58,965 bases of DNA, filler included, from Globobulimina sp. (GCA_003354225.1; 10 parts of 10 records of this genome joined end to end with filler, not necessarily neighbours in it); one strand, 5' to 3'. Counted from the first letter of the whole stretch, positions 11,743-23,666 are shown. The notes: generated from the letters alone by a model not told the origin. Made by a program: numbers and translations.

Positions 11743-11842
11743 NNNNNNNNNNNNNNNNNNNNNNNNNNNNNNNNNNNNNNNNNNNNTTAATTAATTAANN
11801 NNNNNNNNNNNNNNNNNNNNNNNNNNNNNNNNNNNNNNNNNN
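11743..11842. other. Artificial contig linker
   Basis: N44-TTAATTAATTAA-N44. Confidence 0.99.
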
Positions 11843-12282
11843 TGGTCGGGCAGGTCCTCGAAGTCGGCAGAGATCTCGAACCTCGCCAATCGGTACCAGT
11901 GGCGGACATCCACCGCCGACTGCCCCATCAAGAGTCCCTTCACGGTCTTCCCTGCGATCTCACGCGTGTCGCAGAAGACGGACTCATAAGGAGTCACGTA
12001 CTGACCGCCAGGGACCTTGAAGAGGTTCATGTACTCCTGCTCGATCTCCGACTGGAGCCCCTCCAGACCCGACGCTGCCCGAAGCGACCTCCTGACATCG
12101 GCGACGAGCTCTTCACCGAAGACCTCGCCAACCGAGTCAAGGAAGGCACCCGAACGAAGCGACTCGAGGCTCTCGACCGAGGGCGGAGCCCTGAAAGCCC
12201 CGGAGAGGAAGGAGTACATCCCGATACGGAACGGACGAATCTCCGCGAGTTCACCTCGCCGTTCTAGAACAGATCCAGACAT
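11843..12282 (-). CDS. Bacterial TorD/DmsD-family redox-enzyme maturation chaperone, partial
   Basis: GC-rich segment; EYMNLF...PYESVF and LPD(H) motifs plus V..WY...F, typical of TorD/DmsD/NarJ chaperones. Truncated at the gap. Confidence 0.85.
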
Positions 12283-13259
12283 AGAATGGGAATGTTTGAT
12301 GTGCAGTTACATGAATTTAAGCATTATGGCGAGTTGTAAAATATGTTCACATCAGAAAACACATAATAATGATAAACGTTTTTCTAACAACAAAATATTT
12401 GCGGTCTTTGTTTGCGGCCCAGATCCAACCCAAAATGAACAAGATTTGAATTCGCGAAATTTGCGTGGTCAAACCTATATAGATTTGTTGCAAGATACCA
12501 ATGCCAATGATGAAGAATGGAGAGAATATATGATTTATAAAAATGAGTTTCCATCAAATGATGAAATGCATAAATGTTCCGGCATTGTAATAAGTGGTTC
12601 CAAATATGATTCATATACAAATGATGCTGAATGGAAATTGAAATTGCAAGCAATTATAAGAGATATTTATTATAATCAGAGGAAAATTAAATTGTTAGGT
12701 ATTTGTTTTGGGCATCAAATAATTATACATTCATTAAGGTATTTGTACATATTTCATGTGATAAATTTAGAGAAACTCTTTTTTTTTGGTTTCCTGATAC
12801 AGAGAGAAAGAGGAGATTGTTGTTGGTAGAAATAGTAAAAGAACATCGATGGAATTAGGATTATTTGCTATTAATTTGAATGATAAATTTGATGCATTTT
12901 GGGCGAGATATAATGTTAAAATAAGTGATGAATTATTATGGATCCATGAAGCCCACAATGACATTGTCTTTAAAATGCCGGAAAATGTAGTAAATAATGA
13001 TGATATGCGTATGGATGTAAATATTTTAGCATACTCACAATATACAGATAATGAAATGTATCACATTGGTGATTATATTTTAGGAGTTCAGGGTCATCCA
13101 GAATTTTCAACCGATTATTTATCAAAGGCCATTGTTACAAATCAGAAAGGTATCGGTTTAGATGATGATGAAATGAATGCTGTTTTGGATACAATGAAAT
13201 TAAATAAACCAAGTGTGTGTGAATGGAAATATATGCTTAAAACATGGTTAAGGGCTTGA
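12271..13259 (+). CDS. Class I glutamine amidotransferase-like (gamma-glutamyl peptidase-like) protein with N-terminal RanBP2-type zinc finger; true 5' end missing
   Basis: WECLMCSYMNLSIMASCKIC (W-x-C-x2-C-x3-N-x6-C-x2-C); GIVISGS; nucleophile elbow GICFGHQ; QGHPEF. A 64-nt intron (12739-12802) joins the two ORFs in frame. Confidence 0.85.
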
Positions 13260-13422
13260 ACCTGTTGGAAACACTTTTTTTTTGAAATTGTATACATTAT
13301 CCTTGCACTTAACAGTAGTTTTCTTTTTTTTCATCCTAGCTTTGTCAGACGTAAAAATGGATTTGAGTTTAAACAAACAAGCATTGTACGTTTGTGTATA
13401 CGATACACTCGGATACAGTTTA

Positions 13423-15632
13423 TTATAAAATGTCGAAACCAGCTCGATGTCTCAAACGAAAAATATTATCAACAACTTGTTGTGTACAGTTCATTTCCTG
13501 CTGTTTATAATCAATATCATTATCATTATCCTTATCATCATTATTGTTCCATCCAATGGGTCCCCACAAAGTAACATGCGAATCCAATCCAGAACTTACA
13601 AATATTGGCAAATGCGGATGTGTGGCGATATTGTTTACAATATTTGTTCCATTCACTAATATATTGACAATATCCCCATTTAAGCGATCATAAATATATA
13701 TTTTCTTATCGTCTGAGCCAGAAATAATATAGTTATCACTAAAAAATTCTGCCTCTTTAATCGTCTCACAATGAATATGGCCAACATATCTTCCAAAATA
13801 ATAAATATTTTCATTCAAATCATGCAAATCACTCTCTTCTCCAATTATCATTCCATTAATTCTAACATTCTCACCATTAACATCCGGATTCTCTTTCTCA
13901 TCCTCAACATAACATTTATACGCTAACTTATAATATTTATTGTCATAACAATTAATAATATCCATATTGCTATCCATTGGCGGCAACAACATGTCTTTTT
14001 CTTTATTCTTCTGCTTATTCTTCGCAATTATATTTTTATTCCATTTCATACATTTCATAATATCATTTTTATTCATATCACACAACATTTTCATATCATT
14101 TTTATTCTCCTGCAATTCAATTAATTTCGTTTCTTTTTCTGACACCAAATTAAATAAAATATCCTGGAAATTCCTCTCTGAACACTTTGTCCGTAAAACC
14201 TCTTTTCGTCGACTTACTAAAGCATCCACATGGTCCAATATGTCATTATAAAACATATTATCATCGCTAGCATTGTCACTAACATTGTTATGTATATCTA
14301 CTCTCTCTCGTGCTGCATTATGCATTCTCGAAAGCATGGCAAAGTTCAACATCTCCACAAATTCACCGTATTCACCCTCACTCTCACTCTCCTCACTCGA
14401 CAGCTCACTCAATGCACTCTCTCCATTAGCATTAATACTCTCCGCCAGCACAGGAGGCGGCGCATTGATATTCCCATCTTCCTCGTGGATAAATTGCATT
14501 ATCTCTGCAGTCTCATCATTGATGTTCGCTGTGTTTGCAAGTGACTTATTTGAGTCATAACATGTGGTTGGATTCATATACAAATAGCACGCATCGTGAA
14601 TGTGTGTAGTTAGTATCTCAGAGCCGTCACTGTTATATTTAGCATGTGTGGGATGGCAATGTTGCGGGAACTTTAGCCGAAAATTATAAAAACACGAAAT
14701 AGCATTGTTTTTATGGTATTTAAATAAGGAGTTTATCTCTGAATATTTATTATCTGTGCAAGCAGCATCACCATGTTTGCGTAAATCAAATATGCGAATA
14801 TATCCATCGCCGCAACCGGTCACCATCTCCCATGGTTTTAGAGGATTTATGTCAATGCTATACACTTCATAGTGTTTGTTGAACGTATTAAAGTCGTACA
14901 ATAGAGATTGACTGAAGCGGCCTCGATTTGTCCTTGGTCCACCACCAAAACCTTGGATGATAATATCCTGCGAACAGTGTAGAAACGTTTTTGTTTTATA
15001 TTTTCGGCGGACATCAAAGTGTCGGATAGTACCATCTGCGGAACACGAAAAGATCTCAAATGGTTTGGCCGCGTGGACGCAGATTTTGAGGATTTTGCGT
15101 GAATGATGATGGTATGAATGGAATGGTTTTATAAATAATGAACTCGCTGTTGTTTGTGGCTGGTTATTGTTTTTATGATATGGTTTGAAAGTGAATGGGG
15201 AGTGGTTGATGTCGTAAATATTAATATCTGCGTCATTTCCACCGGATGCTATTCTATTATTTATACCAAAGACACACGAATTATACATAAATTTGGCAGT
15301 GAAGACATTGCTTAAATGTCCTTTTAAAATACATAGCATTTTTGCGGTTTTACCGGTGTATTTTATACCAAATGCATCCCAGACACGGACAGTTTGATCA
15401 TCTGAACCGGTGCAAAGGTGACGACCTGATTTCTCCCAACAAACAGTATTTACACAACCTTTATGTCCGTATAAAGTCGATATTTTATGTAATGAGTGTA
15501 TAAAATCATCTTTTTTAGTTGTTGATTTTTTGAATTTGTTTGAGTAATTCTCGTATGATGAAGTTTGAGGATTATTCTTATTTGATGGCGGATTTGTGGT
15601 ATCGATTCTTTTGGGCGTCTTTTTAAAGACAT
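13423..15632 (-). CDS. DCAF-type WD40 protein (DCAF6/DCAF8/WDTC1-like); start codon out of frame
   Basis: FIHSLHKISTLYGHKGCVNTVCW...TGSDD, GHLSNVFTAKF, SCSADGTIRHFDVR, YVGHIHCETIKEAEFF, SGSDD, VNNIATHP and SSGLD. Frame is open 15639-13423, but the ATG at 15632 is in another frame. Confidence 0.85.
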
Positions 15633-15781
15633 TGTGGCGTCAGTATTACTTGAAGTTAATTACACTAAAGTTTTTTTTGTTACAAATCAGAAAGGTATCA
15701 AATGATGATGGCACGATAAATACCATAGACGCTCCATTTGACAAAGGCACACCTTACATAAAGAATTTATAAATCATGTAA

Positions 15782-16238
15782 TAAATCAAATATGCGAATA
15801 TATACATCGCCACAATAGGTCACCATCTCCCATGGTTTTGAAGAATTTATATCAATGCTATACACTTCATAGTGTTTGTTGAACGTATTAAAGTCGTACA
15901 ATAGAGATTGACTGAAGCGGCCTCGATTTGTCCTTGGTCCACCACCATAACCTTGGATGATAATATCTTGCGACCAGTGTAGAAACGTTTTTGTTTTATA
16001 TTTTCGGCGGATATCAAAGTGTCGGATAGTATCATCTGCGGAACACGAAAAGATTTTGCATGAATGATGATGGTATGAATGGAATGGTTTTATAAATAAT
16101 GAACTCTGTGTTGTTTGTGGCTGGTTATTGTTTTTATGATATTGTTTGAAAGTGAATGGGGAGTGGTTGATGTCGTAAATATTAATATCTGCGTCATTCG
16201 CGCGAATTTACCGAATTAATACCAAAGACGCGCGAATT
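15782..16238 (-). pseudogene. Decayed partial duplicate of the adjacent WD40 gene
   Basis: Near-identical to 14782-~15290 at an initial offset of 1000 nt, with substitutions and a ~40-nt deletion near 16054. Confidence 0.85.
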
Positions 16239-16285
16239 AAAAGGTTTGTACGTTTTAGAAAATAAGCTAGTCATTCAAAAAGAAG

Positions 16286-17653
16286 CTAAGTGTCATACAG
16301 ATCTTGAAACTCTTTTATCATTTCCAATAAATGGAATTCTTCAACCACCTGCATACTTTTTATAAGATACCGTTCCATTTTTTTAATATCAAATATATTG
16401 TTTGTTGAAACCAATGCAAAATTGAATGCAGACATTACATTTTCAACTTCTTCTTGGTTTTTCAAAACATAAACGTCATTGCTTCTGCCAATATATTGCA
16501 TCATAGCAGTAACACATTGTTTATAGTTATAAGATGGACGTGAATCGAATACGCGATTGCAGGTTTCATGCAATATTTTTAACATAGCAACTTTCATGTT
16601 GAATTCACGGAATTGTTTCGCTTCCGAAATATTTAATAATGCTGCATAACTTGGAAACACATCAATAAGACATGCTGTCATTAACGATTCAAAGTTAAAC
16701 AATGTTTTGATATTTTCAGTTGTTAAACTTGCGATGCCATCTCCACAATGTAAATCTTTTAAATGTACATTCTCATTCAACACATTTCCATTATGTTTAA
16801 ATGCGTTTGGTACGCCATAGATTGACTGGGTTTGAATATTGTGTTTCGTTTCTTTTATTGTCCAATCATCATTTGCATTGAAATGAAATGTTACAATCCC
16901 ATCTGTGATTTCTAACATTGTCATTTCTGACTGATATCCAATATCTATTTGCATTTTAACGTTTTTTCGATATTGAATACGTTTAATACCAGTTACATCT
17001 GCTATTTTATCAAATTGTTGTTGTGTGTTCAATAATATATGGTGTTTCTTTTTAGATTTTAATTTTTGATGTATTATTTGTTCAATTCCGTACAAATCTT
17101 TTGCTACTTTCTGCGGTAATTCAATTGCAGATGAGCCAATAGTTCTGACCCTCCTCAAAACGGATAGACATTTCTTAATGTCTACATTTTTCATTGGTAA
17201 TGCTTTTTGTTTATAATCAATTGCAAATGATATCCATTGTATATTTTGATTTGCATGTAAATATCGTTCGGGTAAATTTTCTGAACCAAACTTTAATAAT
17301 ACATGCGATTCTAATCCATACCCATCATTATCATCAAGTCTATATGCTTCGATTCCTGTCTCTCGTTGTATAAGATTCAACATTTTTTGGTACAACAGTG
17401 TAGGTACTCCTTCCGATGCTAATATAATTGCATCTTTAAACTGCTTCAATTTTGAAACCAAACAGATTTTTCCAATGGAGAGGATTGCTTTTGCTTTTTT
17501 ATCCATCGTCAGTACCAATTGTTTACCATCAAAATTTGCCGGATTTAACGATGTTTCCACCCCTGGACTGGCCAATACATATCCATTCTCCTTATCTTTA
17601 ATTGTTAATGTATGGCTAAATAGCACACCTCGTGGCGCCGATAAAATTCCTAA
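16286..17653 (-). CDS. Divergent Spo11/topoisomerase VI subunit A-like protein (TOPRIM region) with long C-terminal extension; 5' off-contig
   Basis: LGILSAPRGV, AIILASEGVPT, AYRLDDNDGYGLE...LKFGS, IQWISF and LPMKNVD align with Spo11 motifs (LNVVA..KG, CIIVTAKGQPD, LVDxDPYG...YGS, IKWLG, LPMT..D). Confidence 0.65.
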   Translation of the reverse strand, partial: LGILSAPRGVLFSHTLTIKDKENGYVLASPGVETSLNPANFDGKQLVLTMDKKAKAILSIGKICLVSKLKQFKDAIILASEGVPTLLYQKMLNLIQRETGIEAYRLDDNDGYGLESHVLLKFGSENLPERYLHANQNIQWISFAIDYKQKALPMKNVDIKKCLSVLRRVRTIGSSAIELPQKVAKDLYGIEQIIHQKLKSKKKHHILLNTQQQFDKIADVTGIKRIQYRKNVKMQIDIGYQSEMTMLEITDGIVTFHFNANDDWTIKETKHNIQTQSIYGVPNAFKHNGNVLNENVHLKDLHCGDGIASLTTENIKTLFNFESLMTACLIDVFPSYAALLNISEAKQFREFNMKVAMLKILHETCNRVFDSRPSYNYKQCVTAMMQYIGRSNDVYVLKNQEEVENVMSAFNFALVSTNNIFDIKKMERYLIKSMQVVEEFHLLEMIKEFQDLYDT

Positions 17654-17753
17654 NNNNNNNNNNNNNNNNNNNNNNNNNNNNNNNNNNNNNNNNNNNNTTA
17701 ATTAATTAANNNNNNNNNNNNNNNNNNNNNNNNNNNNNNNNNNNNNNNNNNNN
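17654..17753. other. Artificial contig linker
   Basis: N44-TTAATTAATTAA-N44. Confidence 0.99.
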
Positions 17754-17942
17754 TTATTGCCATGCTAGGTCCACAGCCAACACTTGAGTTTTTCTAAAAA
17801 AATCCAGAATATGACTGTTGTCATTTCGGCGTAAAAGACAAAATATTTTATCTTGAATGCAGCAGAAAAGGTACGGAAGTAAGTTTTATTAAAAAATAAA
17901 ATATTTTCTGGACTAAGCACGATCAAGTTTTGCATTTTTTTC

Positions 17943-20900
17943 TCATTGATTATCATCATTTTTTTTCAGTTTTTTCATATTTACAATATCAACACCAATC
18001 ATACCAAATGTAGTTTGTGGATTTCTTGTAGATTTTTCAATTTCATCCTCATTCAACCCATCATTTAATTCACTTAAACCAAATTTCTTCTTAATTTTTA
18101 CCAAACTACTTCTTGCTACAATTAATCCAAAATGACCCTTATATTTCCTCAATGCGGCACCACATAATTTAAATGCTCTCCGTAATAATGCCATATCAAT
18201 ATCTCCCTCATCCACATTCTCTTCCTTATTATTTACAACTTTTTCAATTGCTTTTTTTGCTAAAACTTTAATTAAATTTGCAATTAAATTTGGATCGTTT
18301 TTGGTCAAATTATTGTATGCAAATTCCAAATGTATCAATGCTTTGTCATTCTCATTATCTTTAAATGCTAAAAATTGCGCCAAATTAATTCTCGCATAAA
18401 TATTATTTTGATCCATATCAACTGCGGCAATGAATAACTCTCTGGCTTCATTATTCAATTTAATATTTTCTTCATTTGTTATTCCTTTATTTTTATCCAA
18501 TTTATGCATCTTAACAAATCCTAAAATATATAATGCCACGCAGCCATACCGCATATTTAACTCATCACTAGTTTCTTTATTGATTTTTATTGCGGTATTT
18601 AATAATTTTTCAGCTTTATTTAACATTTCGGCTCTATTCTGTTTAGCTGTGGTTAGAAACTGTGCATATTCCACTAATAACGGACAATATGATGGATATT
18701 CCACTAATAAATCTTGAAAAAAACTAGTTATTCTCTGTCTATCATCACATACTTTACTTATTTCTCTCAATGCAGTGATATTTAATGAATCTAATTTATT
18801 TAATATAAACCAGCAATATTCCTCTGCTTCATTTGCGTCAGCAAATAATATTAATGTCTCAACCAATTCTTGTGTTATTTGTGTCATATGTTTTATATAA
18901 TTTTTATATTTTTGATATTTAAAATTCTTTATATATTCAAATCCGTTTTTCAATAAATCGATTGGTTTCTCCCCAACATCGGATATATTCTCACATAATC
19001 TCGCCAATTGTATCCATGTTTCACTGTTTGCTTTATTCAAATCAGTAGCTTTGCGCAAAAATGGCAATGCGTGGACATATTCATTCAATGAGATGTAATA
19101 TGCCGCAAATCCTTGTAACGTTTCAATATTTTTATCATTTAATTCTAAAGATTTACTGAAATACGCTTCAATCTCTTCATTGGAACTCTCATCCTCGAAA
19201 TCAGATTTATTATCTTCGTCTGCGTCCACACAATTATTTACCACTTTATTCTGTGTCAACAAACGTGCATATTTTTGATACAAATCACTTAATAAATTTC
19301 GAACTTTCTCTTGTTTGACATCACATATTTCTTCATTTTCTTTCTTTTCTTCTTTTTTACTCATTTCGTTTTCCATTTTATTTATCCAATCATTCCATTT
19401 CTTTTTTATTTCTTTCTTATTTTTATTTAGTTTCCATAAATATTCTAAATACATAAAATACCCTTTTTTCTCATAACAGTCACTTTCTATCCATGAACAT
19501 AAATATCCTTCGCATTCGGCCATAAATGTCTCTTTTTCCTGTTGTAATTTACCAGCGGCCTCACCATCGCACATCTCGTTCAGCTTCAAATTCAAATCAC
19601 TTATTTTCTCAAAATAAATATGTATTATATTCATATATGACCCTCTATGATACGACTGATTAATGATTGAAATAAATATTTTCAAAGCAGCGTCCAAATC
19701 TGCCAAACGATAACATATTAAACCATATTCATACATTAATGCTAGCATATTACCCGTAGCATTATTCATACTTAATATAAACTGTAATTTCCTTTTTGCC
19801 TCTTCATATTCGCGCATCTCAACCAATAAAGATACATATTCCTGCAGTATGGTCACATTACATTCATTTTTTTTTAATTTTAATAAACTGCCATAAATCT
19901 CTTTAGATTTTTTATATTTCCCCATTCTTTGTAATATCGCTGCATACATTTTTAATGTCGACTCGTCATTTGACTTATTTTTGAATGATAATATCTGTTC
20001 ACATTCGCTTTTTGCCTCTGGCAATTTATTCATTTTGTTTAATGTCACCGCCATTAACAACCTGGTTTGAACTTCTTCTTCTCGATTCTCACATATTTGC
20101 AATGCATTTTGCAATTCAATCATAGCTTTTTTATTATTATCTTCATTAATAAATGCATTCCCGCGCGATAAATAATATCTGCTTTCTTTTAAAAGGTCGC
20201 TATTATACTTAGACCATTCTGCGGTTTTCATCTCAATTCCATGCGCATTATATCCGATTCTCCACAGACTTAAAGCATATCCAATATGTAAATTGACATT
20301 TTGCGCTGATAACTTTATAGCTTCACTATAAATATAATCTATCTTTGCTCGAATATGCCATATCTTTTCTGCTAAATCTTTCATATTTTTATCTTCATTC
20401 ATAACAACGTATTGCGGACCATTTTTATTGCGTTTTTCATTCATTTTCTTACAAACCTCTTCTAGCATATTCTTCATCATACTATTCATTTTTTGTCGCA
20501 ATATATCCTCATAAATGATAATAAATTCAGCCGTTTCATAGCCTAAAATGCCTCCCTTTTCATCCAAAAACGTTTCACAGATTTGTCCAGCTAAAAACAA
20601 TCGATTTTGCTGAATTAACAATTTTATATATTGCATAAATGCCTCTTTTAAATCTAATTTCTTATCATTTTCAGTCAATTTATTGCTCACAAATCGTTGA
20701 TATAAATATTTTAACTCAACAGACCTGTCAAACAATGCTCTGTTTTGCGTAATATTATAGATGTTATTTGATGCGATGCGATCCAAACTATTGATATTTT
20801 TTGCCTGCTTAAAAGATCTCAATCCATTGTCAACATCATCCACATTCAAATAACAAAGCCCTAAATATCCATAATATCTATTTATCCGTTTCCTATACTC

Positions 20901-21563
20901 CATTGATTTCAATATTTTATTTCTGTGCAGTGCTGACAAGCAATGTGTCCAGTCACTAAGTATTGAGATTGCTTTCTTGCAATACATTATACAGTCACTA
21001 AAGCGACCGACTTTGTTTAATATTTGACAATGAAGGAAATAAAAATCAGATTGTTTCATTGGCTCTGATAACACTTTTGCGCGTTCACTCGATTTTTTAT
21101 GTTCGTCTGTTGCTGTTTGAGTATTAGTTTGTGTGCTTTTTGCTTTATTGATTTCCTTTATTTGCTCAATAAATTTCCGGGAATATATTAATGCGGATTT
21201 ATATTCAAAAATTTTCATATAAACTTGAATGATTTGTTCTTTTAATATTATCGATTTTGGCTCGGTTTCTAAGCATTGTAAGAGTAATAAAATTAAGTCT
21301 TTATCACGAGATTGCGATGAATAGATCCTCATCAATTGCATTTTAGCGGAACCAGATTGATGTTTGCCGATTGCGATTGCTTTTTTATAATATTGCTCGG
21401 CTTCGTGGTAGTTGAACATTGAAGTTTGCACACCACCCATGTGCATTAATAATGCGTAATCATTTGGTGATTGTAATAAATAATCTGAGAGCAGTAGCTC
21501 TGCTTTTTTGAAGCGACGTGAGGTCACCAACTCTTTTAGCTTTGACATTGCTGTGGCGTCCAT
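17943..21563 (-). CDS. Large TPR-repeat protein (1206 aa, single exon)
   Basis: Many TPR-like units (MGGVQTSMFNYHEAEQYYKKAI, YAAILQRMGKYKKSKEIY, FAAYYISLNEYVHALPFLRKATDLN). Confidence 0.85.
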   Translation of the reverse strand: MDATAMSKLKELVTSRRFKKAELLLSDYLLQSPNDYALLMHMGGVQTSMFNYHEAEQYYKKAIAIGKHQSGSAKMQLMRIYSSQSRDKDLILLLLQCLETEPKSIILKEQIIQVYMKIFEYKSALIYSRKFIEQIKEINKAKSTQTNTQTATDEHKKSSERAKVLSEPMKQSDFYFLHCQILNKVGRFSDCIMYCKKAISILSDWTHCLSALHRNKILKSMEYRKRINRYYGYLGLCYLNVDDVDNGLRSFKQAKNINSLDRIASNNIYNITQNRALFDRSVELKYLYQRFVSNKLTENDKKLDLKEAFMQYIKLLIQQNRLFLAGQICETFLDEKGGILGYETAEFIIIYEDILRQKMNSMMKNMLEEVCKKMNEKRNKNGPQYVVMNEDKNMKDLAEKIWHIRAKIDYIYSEAIKLSAQNVNLHIGYALSLWRIGYNAHGIEMKTAEWSKYNSDLLKESRYYLSRGNAFINEDNNKKAMIELQNALQICENREEEVQTRLLMAVTLNKMNKLPEAKSECEQILSFKNKSNDESTLKMYAAILQRMGKYKKSKEIYGSLLKLKKNECNVTILQEYVSLLVEMREYEEAKRKLQFILSMNNATGNMLALMYEYGLICYRLADLDAALKIFISIINQSYHRGSYMNIIHIYFEKISDLNLKLNEMCDGEAAGKLQQEKETFMAECEGYLCSWIESDCYEKKGYFMYLEYLWKLNKNKKEIKKKWNDWINKMENEMSKKEEKKENEEICDVKQEKVRNLLSDLYQKYARLLTQNKVVNNCVDADEDNKSDFEDESSNEEIEAYFSKSLELNDKNIETLQGFAAYYISLNEYVHALPFLRKATDLNKANSETWIQLARLCENISDVGEKPIDLLKNGFEYIKNFKYQKYKNYIKHMTQITQELVETLILFADANEAEEYCWFILNKLDSLNITALREISKVCDDRQRITSFFQDLLVEYPSYCPLLVEYAQFLTTAKQNRAEMLNKAEKLLNTAIKINKETSDELNMRYGCVALYILGFVKMHKLDKNKGITNEENIKLNNEARELFIAAVDMDQNNIYARINLAQFLAFKDNENDKALIHLEFAYNNLTKNDPNLIANLIKVLAKKAIEKVVNNKEENVDEGDIDMALLRRAFKLCGAALRKYKGHFGLIVARSSLVKIKKKFGLSELNDGLNEDEIEKSTRNPQTTFGMIGVDIVNMKKLKKNDDNQ

Positions 21564-21728
21564 GCTTCAAAAGAATAGTGAGTAAGCAAACAGTTTTTTT
21601 TTCAACAGAAAAAGAAAGTCGCTTCTGATTTGTTAGTGCAAGAATGAAACGATTCTGTGAAACGATTCAAATGAAATAAAAAAAATTATTATAAATTAAA
21701 ATATTTTCTCAAATGACAGTCACAAGCC

Positions 21729-23297
21729 TCACAACAAAATATCTGACAATTCATCCTCTAATTGCTCTAAATCATCCCTGTTAAACATATCACCATTTGG
21801 AGACATTGATGGTATCGAATTCGAATCTAAATCTAAATCTGTTGTGTTCTGCAACAGCGCCTCAATTTCCACATCTTGAGCAAATCCGAGATTTATGTGC
21901 TCTCTGTGTTACATAACATCAAACAATTAACAAGCATTAATTCCGAAATGAGTATAAATGAAACATACCTTTTTTTGAGAGTTGAAATTTCAGACATTTG
22001 TAAAACATGAGAACTCTTTCCGTCTAAACTGTAATCAACAGTTGATCGCCAGATACATAACATTGACACGAGCACAATGCTAAATAATACATCCCAAATG
22101 CCATAAATTTCAATCCACTCATATCGCCACGTAATGGCAATATCATTATCAACAGCCCACAACATATTGCATGTATAGATAAATCCAATACATTGCATTG
22201 CAATTTGCACTCTTTCAAATAGGACCAAATTATCGTACCGTTTTTGTTGTTTTGACTTAACGTTAACATGTTTCTTCAATTGGTTCAAAGATCTCATCAT
22301 ATAGAAACCAACAAGTATTTGTAATGCAACTCTCAAAATAATACCCATTCTCACCATCCATGAAAATGATGTTTGAATATCCACGGCTGTCACAATTGCA
22401 TATGCAGTCAAATACGATGGGAGAAACATCAAACAGGCAAGTTTGGTAAAAGCATTCTTCCACACTCTTGAAATTGATGCAATTGTGATACCCCAACCTT
22501 GACACAAGGCAATGCCCAGTATCATAAATTCAATATCTCTGCCTGTTTTCAATGCGATAGTGACAAATTGTAAGAATCTGCTATCAACGCAGTACGTATT
22601 GGTATACAGCACAGACAAATAATGCATCGCAAATTCCACTGCAGCCAATGTTACTAATGTTAGTAAAGCGACATGATGTTTAATTACATAATCTCCACTG
22701 TAGACAGTAGATTACAAATAAATTATTTGGTTTGTTAACACATTAAAAAAATATTTCATTACTTAACTTTCTCCGTAAGGCTGCACCATAAGTGACTGCA
22801 GCAACAGTTATAATCACAGATAGAAGTCCCAACACACGTTTTTTAGAAAATTCGTTTCCGTTCAAACAACCATCAATATTATGAATTTTTAAAATTCCAG
22901 ATACTGTGTCATCAGATTTATTGTGAAATGTTAATGATACATCATGATATCCTTCGGTTGGAGTTTCAAAATTATCTTGAAAATTAGTAGAATGAGCATC
23001 AATATTTTCACTGATAATGGAATTATTATTGTGAGTAACTTGAAATAACAATGAATTTGATTTGGCGATATCCTCGAATATTATAGATAGTTCAATCATT
23101 GCTGTGAATCAAATTATAAATTTCATAAATTGAGTTGGGATGTGTTTATTAGGATATCCGTTTATTATATAAATTAAACAATCTTAACTGTTATGTGCAA
23201 ATGTAATTGATTTTTCAAAATGCGAGTCATCTTTCAATTGGAATGTAAACAGTCTACAAAACGCTGTCTGAAGAAAGAGTGCGTGTAATACTAACAT
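21729..23297 (-). CDS. TMEM87/GOST (lung seven-transmembrane) family protein
   Basis: Signal peptide MLVLHALFLQTAFC. Introns 23102-23188, 22698-22767 and 21904-21968 splice in frame. Seven hydrophobic helices ending WRYEWI...IWDVLF...CIWRS. Confidence 0.65.
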
Positions 23298-23563
23298 TAC
23301 ATCTATTCGTTGGTTGGAAGTATAAAATTGGGGTATTAATAGGATTATGAATTATGCGGATTTCCGATGTTGTTTTCTAATCATTTAGTATTGATCAGCT
23401 ACAATTTCTTGCAAGCTGATATCACTTTAGTGCCATCACTGCCATGCTCAGTCTCAGATCAATTTAATGTTTGACTGTTTTGTTTTTGAGTAAAAAATAA
23501 ATGTACACAAATTTACACGGATTGGCTGGCTTAATTTATGGATAATGCCATGTCCTCAAATTC

Positions 23564-23663
23564 NNNNNNNNNNNNNNNNNNNNNNNNNNNNNNNNNNNNN
23601 NNNNNNNTTAATTAATTAANNNNNNNNNNNNNNNNNNNNNNNNNNNNNNNNNNNNNNNNNNNN
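23564..23663. other. Artificial contig linker
   Basis: N44-TTAATTAATTAA-N44. Confidence 0.99.
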
Positions 23664-23666
23664 ATT

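Noticed and set aside
12017-12260. Ser/Arg-rich N-terminus of the 270-aa + strand ORF as genuine
   Set aside because: It is the antisense reading of the GC-rich TorD-family gene.
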